Below are positions 25,297 through 34,135 of a stretch of DNA of 64,000 bases, piece after piece (position 1 is the stretch's first letter; the number at the start of each line of letters is the position of its first letter). Made by a program: the position numbers and the translations under genes. Source of the stretch: Nannocystis bainbridge (GTDB lineage: Bacteria; Myxococcota_A; Polyangia; Nannocystales; Nannocystaceae); the NCBI RefSeq assembly GCF_028368995.1, contig NZ_JAQNDL010000002.1:1056001-1120000 (forward strand), given 5' to 3'. A model generated the notes under the pieces. It saw only the letters and a list, made by a program, of their open reading frames with translations, made no database searches and had not been told where the DNA came from.

Positions 25297-26205
25297 GTGC
25301 ACCCCGTCTGCCTCTCGCTGTCGCTCCTCTTCGCCGCCCCACTCGCGCCGATCGATGTCGGCCCCGGCCTCGCGCCGCCGCCTCCGGGTCCCGGCTTCCA
25401 CTTCATCGACGCCGGCCAGGGCTCGTCGCTCCTGGTGGTCGGCCGCGAGGGTCAGGTCGTGATCGTCGACGCCGGCCCGCCCGCGGCGAGCGAGCCGATC
25501 CTCGCCGCTCTGGCCGCGCACGAGCTCGCGGCCGTCGATCTCTGGCTGTTCTCCCACTTCGACAACGACCACATCGGCGGCTTCGTCCGCGCGCTCGCAG
25601 GGCCCGACAACCTCCCCGGTACGGACGACGATCTCGAGCTGCGCGAGCGCTGGGATCGCGGCCTCGAGGACCGACCCGACACGCCCGCGGCCATCCTTTA
25701 CGAGGCAGCCGCTGCGCCTCGGCAGACCGCGCGCGCTGGGGACCGCTGGGACGCGCCAGGCCTGTCGGTCCGCGTCGTCGACGCGGCTTCGCCGCCCGAG
25801 CGCGCGGCCGAAAACGAGCGAGGCCTCGCCCTGTGCATCGAAGTGGAGGACCTGAGGCTCCTCGCTCCAGGCGATCTCCCGTTCTTGCAGGTCGAGGCTG
25901 CTGCAAGGGCATGCGGGCCCGTCGACGTACTGTGGACCAGCCATCACGGGAGCCGCTCCGGGATCTCTCAGGCCGTTTTGGCCGCAGCGATGCCCTCGCT
26001 GGTCGTCATCTCGGCCGGCGGCGACAATTCCTACTGTCACCCGCACCTCGAGACCCTGTCTTTGCTCCATTCCCACGCCGTGTGGGTGACAGACCTCGCC
26101 GGAGCGTCGCCGCACGGTCCCTGTCCGGGCCTGGCGGCCGTTTGGGGCCCCGAACATCGCGTCGCGCTGGCCGACGTATGGTTGCCGGCGGGCGGGGCCG
26201 ACTGA
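25297..26205 (+). CDS. ComEC/Rec2-like metallo-beta-lactamase-fold hydrolase, exported
   Basis: FIDAGQG, VDAG, SHFDNDHIGG, PGD, HHGS, ISAGGDNSYCHPH. Confidence 0.85.
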   Translation: MHPVCLSLSLLFAAPLAPIDVGPGLAPPPPGPGFHFIDAGQGSSLLVVGREGQVVIVDAGPPAASEPILAALAAHELAAVDLWLFSHFDNDHIGGFVRALAGPDNLPGTDDDLELRERWDRGLEDRPDTPAAILYEAAAAPRQTARAGDRWDAPGLSVRVVDAASPPERAAENERGLALCIEVEDLRLLAPGDLPFLQVEAAARACGPVDVLWTSHHGSRSGISQAVLAAAMPSLVVISAGGDNSYCHPHLETLSLLHSHAVWVTDLAGASPHGPCPGLAAVWGPEHRVALADVWLPAGGAD

Positions 26206-26281
26206 CCTCTGGGCCATGGATGGGCCTGCTCCGGCGCGCTGTGGTGCTGGCTCGGCATACGCTGTTACACTGGCGCCGCCC

Positions 26282-26827
26282 GTGCGGCCCTCCAGCTCCC
26301 CCCAGGTCCTTCTCGGCGTCGCCCTCGTCTCCATCGTGGCCACGGGGTGCAGCGGTTGGGTCGGCTACGGCAACACTTACTACAAGCGTCGCGAGACGTC
26401 GGTCGCCCACGAAGCCACGTACAGCTTCGGCAACCCCGGCTCGGCCTGGCGCCCGCTCTCGCAAAAGGGCACCCAGGTCGCGTGGTACAATGATGGGCTC
26501 GACGCCGTCATCGTGCTCGACAGCCAGTGCGAGATGCACGGCGACAGCTCGCTCGAGCAGTTCACCGACCACTTGCGCATCGATTTTCGTGAGTGGGAGG
26601 TGCTGTCGCAGGACAAGGTCAGCCTGGTCCAGCGCGACGCGGTCCACACCGTCGTGATCGCCTCCATCGACGGGGTCGTGAAGACCCAGATGGAGATCTA
26701 CGTGGTCAAGAAAGACGGCTGTCTGTTCGACCTCGAGTACCTCGCGCCGCCGCGCAGCTTCGAGAGCGGACGCGGCGATTTCGCCAAGGTCGTCAAAGAC
26801 TTTACCTTCCCGACCCGGGGCGGGTGA
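26282..26827 (+). CDS. Lipoprotein, first gene of the mla-like operon
   Basis: VSIVATGC lipobox; GTGA overlap with mlaE. Confidence 0.8.
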   Translation: MRPSSSPQVLLGVALVSIVATGCSGWVGYGNTYYKRRETSVAHEATYSFGNPGSAWRPLSQKGTQVAWYNDGLDAVIVLDSQCEMHGDSSLEQFTDHLRIDFREWEVLSQDKVSLVQRDAVHTVVIASIDGVVKTQMEIYVVKKDGCLFDLEYLAPPRSFESGRGDFAKVVKDFTFPTRGG

Positions 26828-27609
26828 GCGTGCGCAGACCGTTCGAATACATCGGTGAAGCGATCCGCGGCGGCCTGGACTGGGCGGGCGGCATCTCGCT
26901 CCTGCTGGGGCGGTCGCTCATCCGCGGCGTGCAGCGGCCGTGGGGCATCTACGACGTCTTCTCGCAGATCGTCGCCCTCGGCATCCGCAGCCTCCCGCTC
27001 TCGACCCTGATGGGCGTGTTCGTCGGCATGGCGCTGACGTGGCAGTTCGGCGAGGCGTTGATGAGCTTCGGCGCCAAGAATGCCGTCGGGTCCGCGGCCG
27101 CGCTCGCGCTCGTACGCGAGCTGGTGCCGACGCTGATGGCGCTCACGATCGGCGCCAAGATCGCGACTGGCGTCACCGCCGAGCTCGGGTCGATGAAGGT
27201 CTCGGAGCAGATCGACGCCATCGCCTCGCTCGGCGCCGACCCGATCAAGAAGCTGGTGTGGCCGCGCCTCGTCGCCTCGACGGTCACGCTGCCGCTGCTC
27301 AACATCTACGGCAACGTGCTCGCGCTGATCGGCGGCGCCTTGATCGCCGACGTCGTGTTCGACGTCCCGGCCGAGTACTTCTACGAGACGTACATCGACG
27401 AGCTGTACCCGATGGACTACATCTCGGGCCTCGTAAAGTCGTTCACGTTCGGCCTGCTGGTCGGCCTCATCGGCTGCTACCAGGGCTTTCAGACCAAGTT
27501 CGGCACCGAGGCCGTCGGCATCTCGACCACCAACACCGTGGTCGCCACCAGCGTGGCGATCATCGTGTTCGACTTCGTGCTGACGACGATCTTCCTGCCG
27601 GTCGGATAG
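26824..27609 (+). CDS. mlaE: MlaE-family ABC permease
   Basis: LVRELVPTL, AELGSMKVSEQIDAI, DPIKKLVWPR, VGISTT. Confidence 0.93.
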   Translation: MSVRRPFEYIGEAIRGGLDWAGGISLLLGRSLIRGVQRPWGIYDVFSQIVALGIRSLPLSTLMGVFVGMALTWQFGEALMSFGAKNAVGSAAALALVRELVPTLMALTIGAKIATGVTAELGSMKVSEQIDAIASLGADPIKKLVWPRLVASTVTLPLLNIYGNVLALIGGALIADVVFDVPAEYFYETYIDELYPMDYISGLVKSFTFGLLVGLIGCYQGFQTKFGTEAVGISTTNTVVATSVAIIVFDFVLTTIFLPVG

Positions 27610-27615
27610 TTCGCC

Positions 27616-28374
27616 ATGGCGCCGATCATCGAGCTCCGCAACGTCTACAAGCGCTTCGGCGACAACGTCATCTACGAGGACATGAGCTTCGCCGTCGAGG
27701 CCGGCGAGACCTTCACGATCATCGGCGGCAGCGGCATGGGCAAGAGCGTGTGCCTCAAGCTGATGATCGGCCTCTTGCCCTACGAGGCGGGCCACGTGCT
27801 CTACCGCGGCAAGGAGGTCGGCGAGATGGACGCCGAGAACCTCCGCGAGCTGCGGCGCAACGTGGCGATGGTGTTCCAGGGCGGCGCGCTGTTCGACTCC
27901 ATGAGCGTGTTCGACAACGTCACCTACGCGCTGCGCGAGCACACCAAGATGTCGGACCAGGAGATGCTCGAGCGCGCGCGCGAGTGCCTCGACATGGTGG
28001 GTCTCGGCTACGACAAGGAGATCCTCTACCGGATGCCCGCCAGCCTCAGCGGCGGCATGCGCAAGCGCGCCGCGCTCGCGCGCTCGATCGCCATCAAGCC
28101 CGAGGTGATCTTGTACGATGAGCCGACGACCGGCCTCGACCCGGCCAACATCGAGCGCATCGGCCACATGATCCGCAAGCTGCAGAAAGAGCTCGGCGTG
28201 ACCAGCATCGTCGTGACCCACGACATGCCGATCGCGTGGAACTGCTCGAACCGCGTGGCGATGTTGTGGCAGCGGAAGTTCCCGTACATCGGCACGCCGG
28301 CGGAGATCCAGGCCAACCCGGCGCCCGAGGTCCACGAGTTCATCAACGGCATCTATCACGAGGACCAGGACTGA
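27616..28374 (+). CDS. mlaF: MlaF-family ABC ATPase
   Basis: GGSGMGKS, FQGGALFDSM, LSGGMRKR, LYDEPTTGLDP, VTHD. Confidence 0.93.
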   Translation: MAPIIELRNVYKRFGDNVIYEDMSFAVEAGETFTIIGGSGMGKSVCLKLMIGLLPYEAGHVLYRGKEVGEMDAENLRELRRNVAMVFQGGALFDSMSVFDNVTYALREHTKMSDQEMLERARECLDMVGLGYDKEILYRMPASLSGGMRKRAALARSIAIKPEVILYDEPTTGLDPANIERIGHMIRKLQKELGVTSIVVTHDMPIAWNCSNRVAMLWQRKFPYIGTPAEIQANPAPEVHEFINGIYHEDQD

Positions 28375-29726
28375 TGGCCAACCGCAAGAACGAAGCCCGC
28401 CTCAACCTGATCGTCGGCATGTTCGTGCTCGGCCTCGGCGCCGCCGGGGTGCTGTCGATCTTCATCATCGGCCAGGGCAAGGGCACCTGGAAGGAGAAGG
28501 GCCTCGTCTACGCCGACTTCCGCCAGGTCTCGGGCCTCAAGAAGGGCAGCCCGGTCCAGCTCGAGGGCATCGAGATCGGGGTGGTGCAGGACCGCGAGTT
28601 CGTCGAGCTCGAGTACCCCTGCAACCCGCTGACCGAGGACCGCGGCCGGTTCGGCCAGGAGCGCACCGATGACTGCGACCGCACGATGTTCTGCGCGCCG
28701 GAGGGCAAGTGCGCCGAGCTCGAGGCGTACTCCTTCAACAAGGATCTCCACCCGCCGTGCGAGGAGGACTCGCAGTGCAGTGAGACCGAGGTGTGCGTCA
28801 CGCAGGAGTTCCGCCGCCGCTACCGCCGGGTGTCGTGGACCGGCAACACGGGCGTGTGCGACGGCTTCACGACCGACCACAAGCGCATCCGCGTGACCCT
28901 CAGCGTGTTCGCCGACAGCCTGCGGCACATCCGCGAGGACAGCCGCGCGACGGTGTCGCAGAACGGCCTGCTCGGCGACCAACTGGTCCAGATCTCGGTC
29001 GGCCGCGGCGCGCCGATCCCCTCCGGCGGCCGGATCCAGACCACGCCGTCGCTCATCGAGGAGCTCGACAACGTCAAGGAGCGCGTCGACGGCGTGTTCG
29101 GCAAGGTCGAGGAGACGATCGGCGGCATCGCCGAGCTCGCGTCGGCGATGGGCGACGAGAAGACCATCCGCAACGTCCAGGGCCTGCTCGCCAACGTCAA
29201 CGAGGTGTCGCGCCAGATCGCCGAGGGCAAGGGCCTCGTCGGCGCGCTGCTCAACGACGACCAGTACGTGCGCGACTTCGGGGCGACGCTCCGCAGCGTC
29301 CGCGACACCGCGCAGAACCTCAACGGCTTCGTCGCCAAGGCCAAGAGCAGCATGACGAAGATCGACGACAACCTGCAGCCGCTGGTCGACGACGGCCGCA
29401 AGGTGATGTCGGACGTGTCGACGGTCATCAAGGACCTCAAGGACCCGAACAACCGCAGCTTGCTCGCCAAGGTCGTCTACGACCCGAAGGGCGAGATGGT
29501 GAAGGACCTCGAGGAGACGCTCGACAACGTCAGCAAGGTCGTCTCTACCATCGAGAAGGGCGACGGCACGCTCGGCAAGCTGCTCAAGGACCCCAAGGCG
29601 TACGACGACCTGGTGAAGATCCTCGGCAACATCGAGCGCAACAACACCATCAAGAAGCTGGTCCGCTTCGTCGTCGAGAAGGACGAGGCCGCCAGCTCGG
29701 CCGCGCCCACCGCCAAGCCGAAGTGA
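28374..29726 (+). CDS. mlaD: MlaD/MCE-family protein with an 8-Cys insertion and long helical tail
   Basis: N-terminal TM; GLKKGSPVQLEGIEIGVV...NGLLGDQLVQIS MCE motifs; GDGTLGKLLKDPKAYDDL tail. Confidence 0.9.
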   Translation: MANRKNEARLNLIVGMFVLGLGAAGVLSIFIIGQGKGTWKEKGLVYADFRQVSGLKKGSPVQLEGIEIGVVQDREFVELEYPCNPLTEDRGRFGQERTDDCDRTMFCAPEGKCAELEAYSFNKDLHPPCEEDSQCSETEVCVTQEFRRRYRRVSWTGNTGVCDGFTTDHKRIRVTLSVFADSLRHIREDSRATVSQNGLLGDQLVQISVGRGAPIPSGGRIQTTPSLIEELDNVKERVDGVFGKVEETIGGIAELASAMGDEKTIRNVQGLLANVNEVSRQIAEGKGLVGALLNDDQYVRDFGATLRSVRDTAQNLNGFVAKAKSSMTKIDDNLQPLVDDGRKVMSDVSTVIKDLKDPNNRSLLAKVVYDPKGEMVKDLEETLDNVSKVVSTIEKGDGTLGKLLKDPKAYDDLVKILGNIERNNTIKKLVRFVVEKDEAASSAAPTAKPK

Positions 29727-29839
29727 GCCCGGGTGCGCCCGCGTAGGGCGCCGGTGACGTGCTCCGAAGCCTATGCGCTCGGGGGCATGTCTGCGAGGAC
29801 ATGCCGGGACCACGGGCCGCGCTCGGTCGACTCTCGCAG

Positions 29840-29956
29840 GATCATGCCCCTGAGGTCATGCCCCTGAGGTCATGTCCCTGAGGTCATGTCCCTGAGGTCA
29901 TGCCCCTGAGGTCATGTCCCCGAGGTCATGTCCCTGAGGTCATGTCCTTGAGGACA
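29840..29956. repeat. Tandem array of a 14-bp unit (GGTCATGYCCCTGA), 8 copies
   Basis: Units start at 29840, 29854, 29868, 29882, 29896, 29910, 29924 and 29938; a related pair lies at 29783/29797. Confidence 0.95.
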
Positions 29957-30899
29957 GCGAGGGCCGGACCGTGTGGTCGATGAACGCGGCGATCTCGTCG
30001 GCGATCTCGAGCGGGTACTCGGCCGGGAGCGCGTGCGTGGCGGCCGGGTAGACCTTCCACTGCGCGCGCGGGATCTGGGCTACCAGGGCTCGCATCGTCG
30101 CCAGCGGGACGAAGTTGTCGCGCGCTCCGGCGACCACCAGCGTCGGCACGGCGATCGTGGGCAGGACGTCGGCGGCGCTGTGGCGCTGGGCCTCGTCGAC
30201 GACCGCGAGGAACAGCTCGGGGTTCATCGCCGCGATGCCGCGCATGTAGAGCTCGAGGTCGGCGACCTCGATGCGCTCGGCGTTGACCTGGCCGCTGCGC
30301 AGGCTGATCTCGCGCGAGAGCGGCGAGGGCAGCCACTTACGCCAGGTCCGGGTCGTCACGTCGCGGGCGATCCGGGTGGCCGCGAGGGCCAGCGGAAGCA
30401 GGCGGCGGAAGTTCTGCGTGCCCTGGAAGCTGTCGAGCACGCGGCCGCTGGGGCCGGCCAACGAGAGCAGGCCGGCCACGCGTTCGCGGTGCCGTCGGTA
30501 CAGCTCCAGCGCGACCGGGAACCCCATGGAAAAGCCCACCGCGACCACCGGGCCGATGCCCAGGTGGTCGCACGCGGCCGCAGCGTCGTCGGCCAGCGTG
30601 GGGATGCTGAGCCGCCACGGCCGCGGTGGGTCGGGGGATTGGCCGTGGCCGCGATAGTGCATGAGCGCAACGCGCCGCCCTTCACTGAGGAGCGGCACGA
30701 TGCGTTCGAAGGCCCAACCTGCGCAGCCGAGGCCGTCCAGGATGAGGATCGCGGGAGGTGGGGCGTCCTTGGGGCCGCTCACGAAAAGCCGAACCGAGGC
30801 TCCATCGTCGCGCCGGAGGCGAAGCGTGAGCGGCCCGGCCGCCAAGGGGTCGGGGGCGCGGTTATTCGTTCCGCCCGCGCTCGTCATCCGGGGCGTCAT
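29940..30899 (-). CDS. Alpha/beta-fold hydrolase
   Basis: DGLGC, YRGHGQS, GFSMG nucleophile elbow, GARD, ATH. Confidence 0.88.
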   Translation of the reverse strand: MTPRMTSAGGTNNRAPDPLAAGPLTLRLRRDDGASVRLFVSGPKDAPPPAILILDGLGCAGWAFERIVPLLSEGRRVALMHYRGHGQSPDPPRPWRLSIPTLADDAAAACDHLGIGPVVAVGFSMGFPVALELYRRHRERVAGLLSLAGPSGRVLDSFQGTQNFRRLLPLALAATRIARDVTTRTWRKWLPSPLSREISLRSGQVNAERIEVADLELYMRGIAAMNPELFLAVVDEAQRHSAADVLPTIAVPTLVVAGARDNFVPLATMRALVAQIPRAQWKVYPAATHALPAEYPLEIADEIAAFIDHTVRPSLSSRT

Positions 30900-31071
30900 C
30901 CGCGAGTTCGTTGACGCTGGGGTACTTCATGATGTCCTTGCGGGCGATCTTCCAGGCCTTCTGGACGATCCAAGAAAGCGAGCGGTCCTGGCGGTTAGCC
31001 TCCTCCTGGATCTCCTTTAACATCTGTTCGGGGAAATAGAGTGACTGCTTGCGCTTGTCCGAGCTAGCCAT
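30862..31071 (-). CDS. TIGR04563-like (MXAN_4361/4362 family) small ribbon-helix-helix protein
   Basis: DKRKQSLYFPEQMLKEIQEEANRQDRSLSWIVQKAWKIAR; GGAG RBS upstream. Confidence 0.85.
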   Translation of the reverse strand: MASSDKRKQSLYFPEQMLKEIQEEANRQDRSLSWIVQKAWKIARKDIMKYPSVNELADDAPDDERGRNE

Positions 31072-31127
31072 GCCGATGTGGTCTCCGCTGGTGAAAATCG
31101 CGGAATTTAGGGTAGGCTTCGCGGCGT

Positions 31128-32036
31128 TTGGCTGTCAACCGCGAGCATGACGCCGACCACGGCGCGCCGGGGCTGGAAGAGGGGACAAATCCAGGGGCGG
31201 AAGGCGCACTCGCCGCCGGGGATCCGCGCGTTTTCGGGCGCCTGCGACCGGTCGCGGGCCGACCGGACTCGAGCGTGGAAGAGGCCTCCGGCGGCGAGGC
31301 CGAGAGTGGCACGGATGGGCGTTCTGCACGTGCGCAAGCGCGGCGGGAGCAGCGACGCGGGCTCATCCTGGCGGCCGCCACTCAGGTGTTCAAAGAGAAG
31401 GGCTACCACGCGACGTCGGTCGGCGACATCATCGATGGCGCCCGGATCGCGCGTGGCACTTTCTATCTGTATTTCACCAGCAAGCGCGAGATCTTCGCCG
31501 CTCTCTCGGCGGGGTTTTTGGCGGTCATTCGTGGCAGCGTCCGCAAGATCTCGCTCGACCCGAACGAGGGCGAACCGCTGGCCCAGATGCGGGCCAACTT
31601 TCGCCGTGTGATCCACACCGTGCTTCAGCACGAAGATCTCGCGACGATCGTGCTCCGCGACGACGCGCTCGATGCCGAGGCGCGAGCCCAACTCGATCTC
31701 TTCTACGAGCAGGTGATCGGTCTGATCGGACAGGCGGTCCGCGTGGGTAGCCGCCTCGGGATCGCGCGCGAGTGCGACGAGACGATCATCGCCGTCAGCG
31801 CTCTCGGGGCTCTGAAAGAGATCCTCACCCGCATGCTCGCGGGACGGCGCGCGACGTCGACCGCGGTTCCTGCGCCCGGGGCCGAAGCGAGCGAGCCCGC
31901 GGCCGTCACGGGTGGTCCAGACGAGACCGCAGTGGCCTCCGAAGTGACGCCCGCGCCCTTCGCCGATCCGGATCGGCTCGCTGACGAACTCTTGCGCTTC
32001 TTTGTCCGCGGGGTGTTTACCCAGGACACTCGCTAA
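31128..32036 (+). CDS. TetR/AcrR-family regulator
   Basis: ILAAATQVFKEKGYHATSVGDIIDGARIARGTFYLYFTSK; start uncertain. Confidence 0.9.
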   Translation: MAVNREHDADHGAPGLEEGTNPGAEGALAAGDPRVFGRLRPVAGRPDSSVEEASGGEAESGTDGRSARAQARREQRRGLILAAATQVFKEKGYHATSVGDIIDGARIARGTFYLYFTSKREIFAALSAGFLAVIRGSVRKISLDPNEGEPLAQMRANFRRVIHTVLQHEDLATIVLRDDALDAEARAQLDLFYEQVIGLIGQAVRVGSRLGIARECDETIIAVSALGALKEILTRMLAGRRATSTAVPAPGAEASEPAAVTGGPDETAVASEVTPAPFADPDRLADELLRFFVRGVFTQDTR

Positions 32037-32152
32037 GCTACCCTGCCGCCCCAATTTCGCAGTCCGCCCTGGACAACCTGCGAAGCCGGGCGCCACACTG
32101 CCTCACCGGGGATCTCTTCGGTGCGCACCCCATAGAGGACGGAGTCGTCACG

Positions 32153-32527
32153 ATGGCCTTGACGAAAGCTCAGAACGAGAAATTCCGCGCGATGCTGCTC
32201 GAGCGGAGGAACGCCCTCATCAGTCAGGCGCAGCGTACGCTCGAGAGCGACATGGTGTTGTCGCCCGACGATCGCTTCGACGAGGTCGACCAAGCGTCCA
32301 GCGAATACATGCAGGCGTTCAGCTTCCGCCTGCGCGGGCGCGAGAAGTTCTTGATGGAGAAGATCGACCTCGCGCTCCGCAAGATCGACCAGAACACCTA
32401 CGGGACCTGCGAGGAGTGCGAGGAGCCGATCTCGCTCAAGCGCCTGCAAGCACGGCCGGAGACCCCGCTGTGCATTCAGTGTAAAGAGGCGCAAGAGAAG
32501 GAAGAAGCGGTCTACGCCGAAGAGTGA
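32153..32527 (+). CDS. dksA: DksA/TraR C4 zinc-finger protein
   Basis: DEVDQA coiled-coil tip; YGTCEECEEPISLKRLQARPETPLCIQCK. Confidence 0.9.
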   Translation: MALTKAQNEKFRAMLLERRNALISQAQRTLESDMVLSPDDRFDEVDQASSEYMQAFSFRLRGREKFLMEKIDLALRKIDQNTYGTCEECEEPISLKRLQARPETPLCIQCKEAQEKEEAVYAEE

Positions 32528-32536
32528 TTCGCGACG

Positions 32537-33412
32537 ATGGCGCCCGAGCTGTTCACTCTCCCGGGCCTCGGGTGGGCCATCACGTCCTACGGACTCGCGG
32601 TCGCCGTCGCGCTGGTGACCGCGTGGCTGGTGTCGCTGCTGCTGGCCCGCCGCGACAAGCTGCCCCCCGAGGTCCTCGGCACCGTATTCGTGCTGTCGGC
32701 CATCGCTGGGCTGCTCGCCGCGCGCGCCGGTCATCTGCTGCAGCAGGGGCAAGGGCTCGAGCTGTCGCACCTGCGCTCGCTGCCGGCCGGCGGCCTGGCG
32801 GTGTTCGGCGGGCTGTTCGCGGCGCTGGCGGTGGCAACGATCGGTTGTCGGCGCTTCCAGGTGCCGACGCTGGCGTGGCTCGACTGCTGGGCTCCGGCCG
32901 TCGCGCTCGGCGGGGTGATCGAGCGGGTCGGGGCGTTCTTCGCCGGGGCTGATTTCGGCATGTACGTCGGGCCAGGTGACTTGGGACATGGCCTCGGGGT
33001 CACGTACCCCGCCGGCTCACCGGCGTTCCTGCTGCACACGGCGGCGTTCCCTGGGCTGCCCGGGCTCACCGAGACGACGTCGGCGCCGGTGCACCCGGTC
33101 CAGCTGTACCTGGCGGCCACCTGCGTGGTGGCGGCGGGCGCGGGCTTCTTGTTGCGCCGGTTCCGTCGCTTCTCGGGCCAGCCGCTCCTCGCGGTCGCGG
33201 CGGTGTTCCTGCTCGGCCGCGCGGTGGTGTTCGAGCCGCTGCGCTTCGACGCGTCGCCGCTGACGCTCGGGCCGCTCCGGCTGCAACAGGTGTCGGGGCT
33301 CGGGCTGCTGCTGGCGGTCGCGGTCGCGTGGTGGATGCTGTCCGCCCGCGCGGCGGCGCAACCGAAGCTGGCGCGCCAGTGGGAGGGGGGCCCGTGGACG
33401 CCTCGCGCGTGA
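32537..33412 (+). CDS. lgt: Prolipoprotein diacylglyceryl transferase-family protein (divergent)
   Basis: SYGL, GGLAVFGG, ERVGAFFAG, VHPVQLY, EPLR; multiple TM helices. Confidence 0.8.
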   Translation: MAPELFTLPGLGWAITSYGLAVAVALVTAWLVSLLLARRDKLPPEVLGTVFVLSAIAGLLAARAGHLLQQGQGLELSHLRSLPAGGLAVFGGLFAALAVATIGCRRFQVPTLAWLDCWAPAVALGGVIERVGAFFAGADFGMYVGPGDLGHGLGVTYPAGSPAFLLHTAAFPGLPGLTETTSAPVHPVQLYLAATCVVAAGAGFLLRRFRRFSGQPLLAVAAVFLLGRAVVFEPLRFDASPLTLGPLRLQQVSGLGLLLAVAVAWWMLSARAAAQPKLARQWEGGPWTPRA

Positions 33413-34062
33413 TCCGTCCGCCGCCGATCCCGGTAGTGGTGATCCACGGGGCCCTGCGTTCGCGCGTGGGCCTGTGGCCGGTGGTCCGCTACCTGGAGAA
33501 CCGCGGCTTTCAGGCGGCCGCCTTCGGCTACGCGACCCGCACCGACAGCCTCGAGCGCCACGCGGAGCGGCTCGAGCAGTTCCTCACCACCTGGCTCGAA
33601 GGCCAGAAGGTGCCGACGCTCGGGATCCTGACCCACAGCATGGGCGGGCTGGTCGCGCGGGCGTACCTGGCCCGGCCGGGAGCGGCCGAGCAGGCGCACC
33701 GGCAACGCGTCGCCATGTTGGCGCCGCCGAACCAGGGAGCGGCGCTGGCGGCCCGGCTGCGGGGCTTCAAGCCGTTTCGCTGGCTGTACGGCGCGGCGGC
33801 CGAGGTGCTGCAACCCGATCGCGCGGCCATGCTGCCGCCGCCGCCCACGAGCGCCCAGGTGCTGATCCTGGCCGGCGGCAAGCGCAAGGGCGAGCGCGGC
33901 TACTCGCGCTGGATCGCCGGCAACAACGACGGCCTGGTCGGCGTGGCCGAGACGGCGCTGCCGGGGATCGATCCGGAGCTGATCGGCGGGGCCCACAGCG
34001 TGCTGCAGTGGCGCCCCTCGGTGCTGGCCCGGGCTGCGGAGTTCCTGGCCGCGAACGAGTGA
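33409..34062 (+). CDS. Alpha/beta hydrolase (lipase/PGAP1-like)
   Basis: IHG, THSMGGL, LAPPNQG, NDGLV, AHS. Confidence 0.85.
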   Translation: MIRPPPIPVVVIHGALRSRVGLWPVVRYLENRGFQAAAFGYATRTDSLERHAERLEQFLTTWLEGQKVPTLGILTHSMGGLVARAYLARPGAAEQAHRQRVAMLAPPNQGAALAARLRGFKPFRWLYGAAAEVLQPDRAAMLPPPPTSAQVLILAGGKRKGERGYSRWIAGNNDGLVGVAETALPGIDPELIGGAHSVLQWRPSVLARAAEFLAANE

Positions 34063-34066
34063 GCCA

Positions 34067-34118
34067 CGACCTGTCGCGGAGGACATGCCTCTCCGGACAT
34101 GTCCTGAGGGGCATGGAA
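34067..34118. repeat. Four 14-bp-phased GGACATGTCC-like decamers between convergent genes
   Basis: Decamers at 34067, 34081, 34095 (perfect) and 34109. Confidence 0.85.
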
Positions 34119-34135
34119 CACCGGAGCTCGCCGCG

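Noticed and set aside
29840-29956. Possible CRISPR array
   Set aside because: The units are 14 bp and contiguous with no unique spacers, and there are no cas genes in the window.
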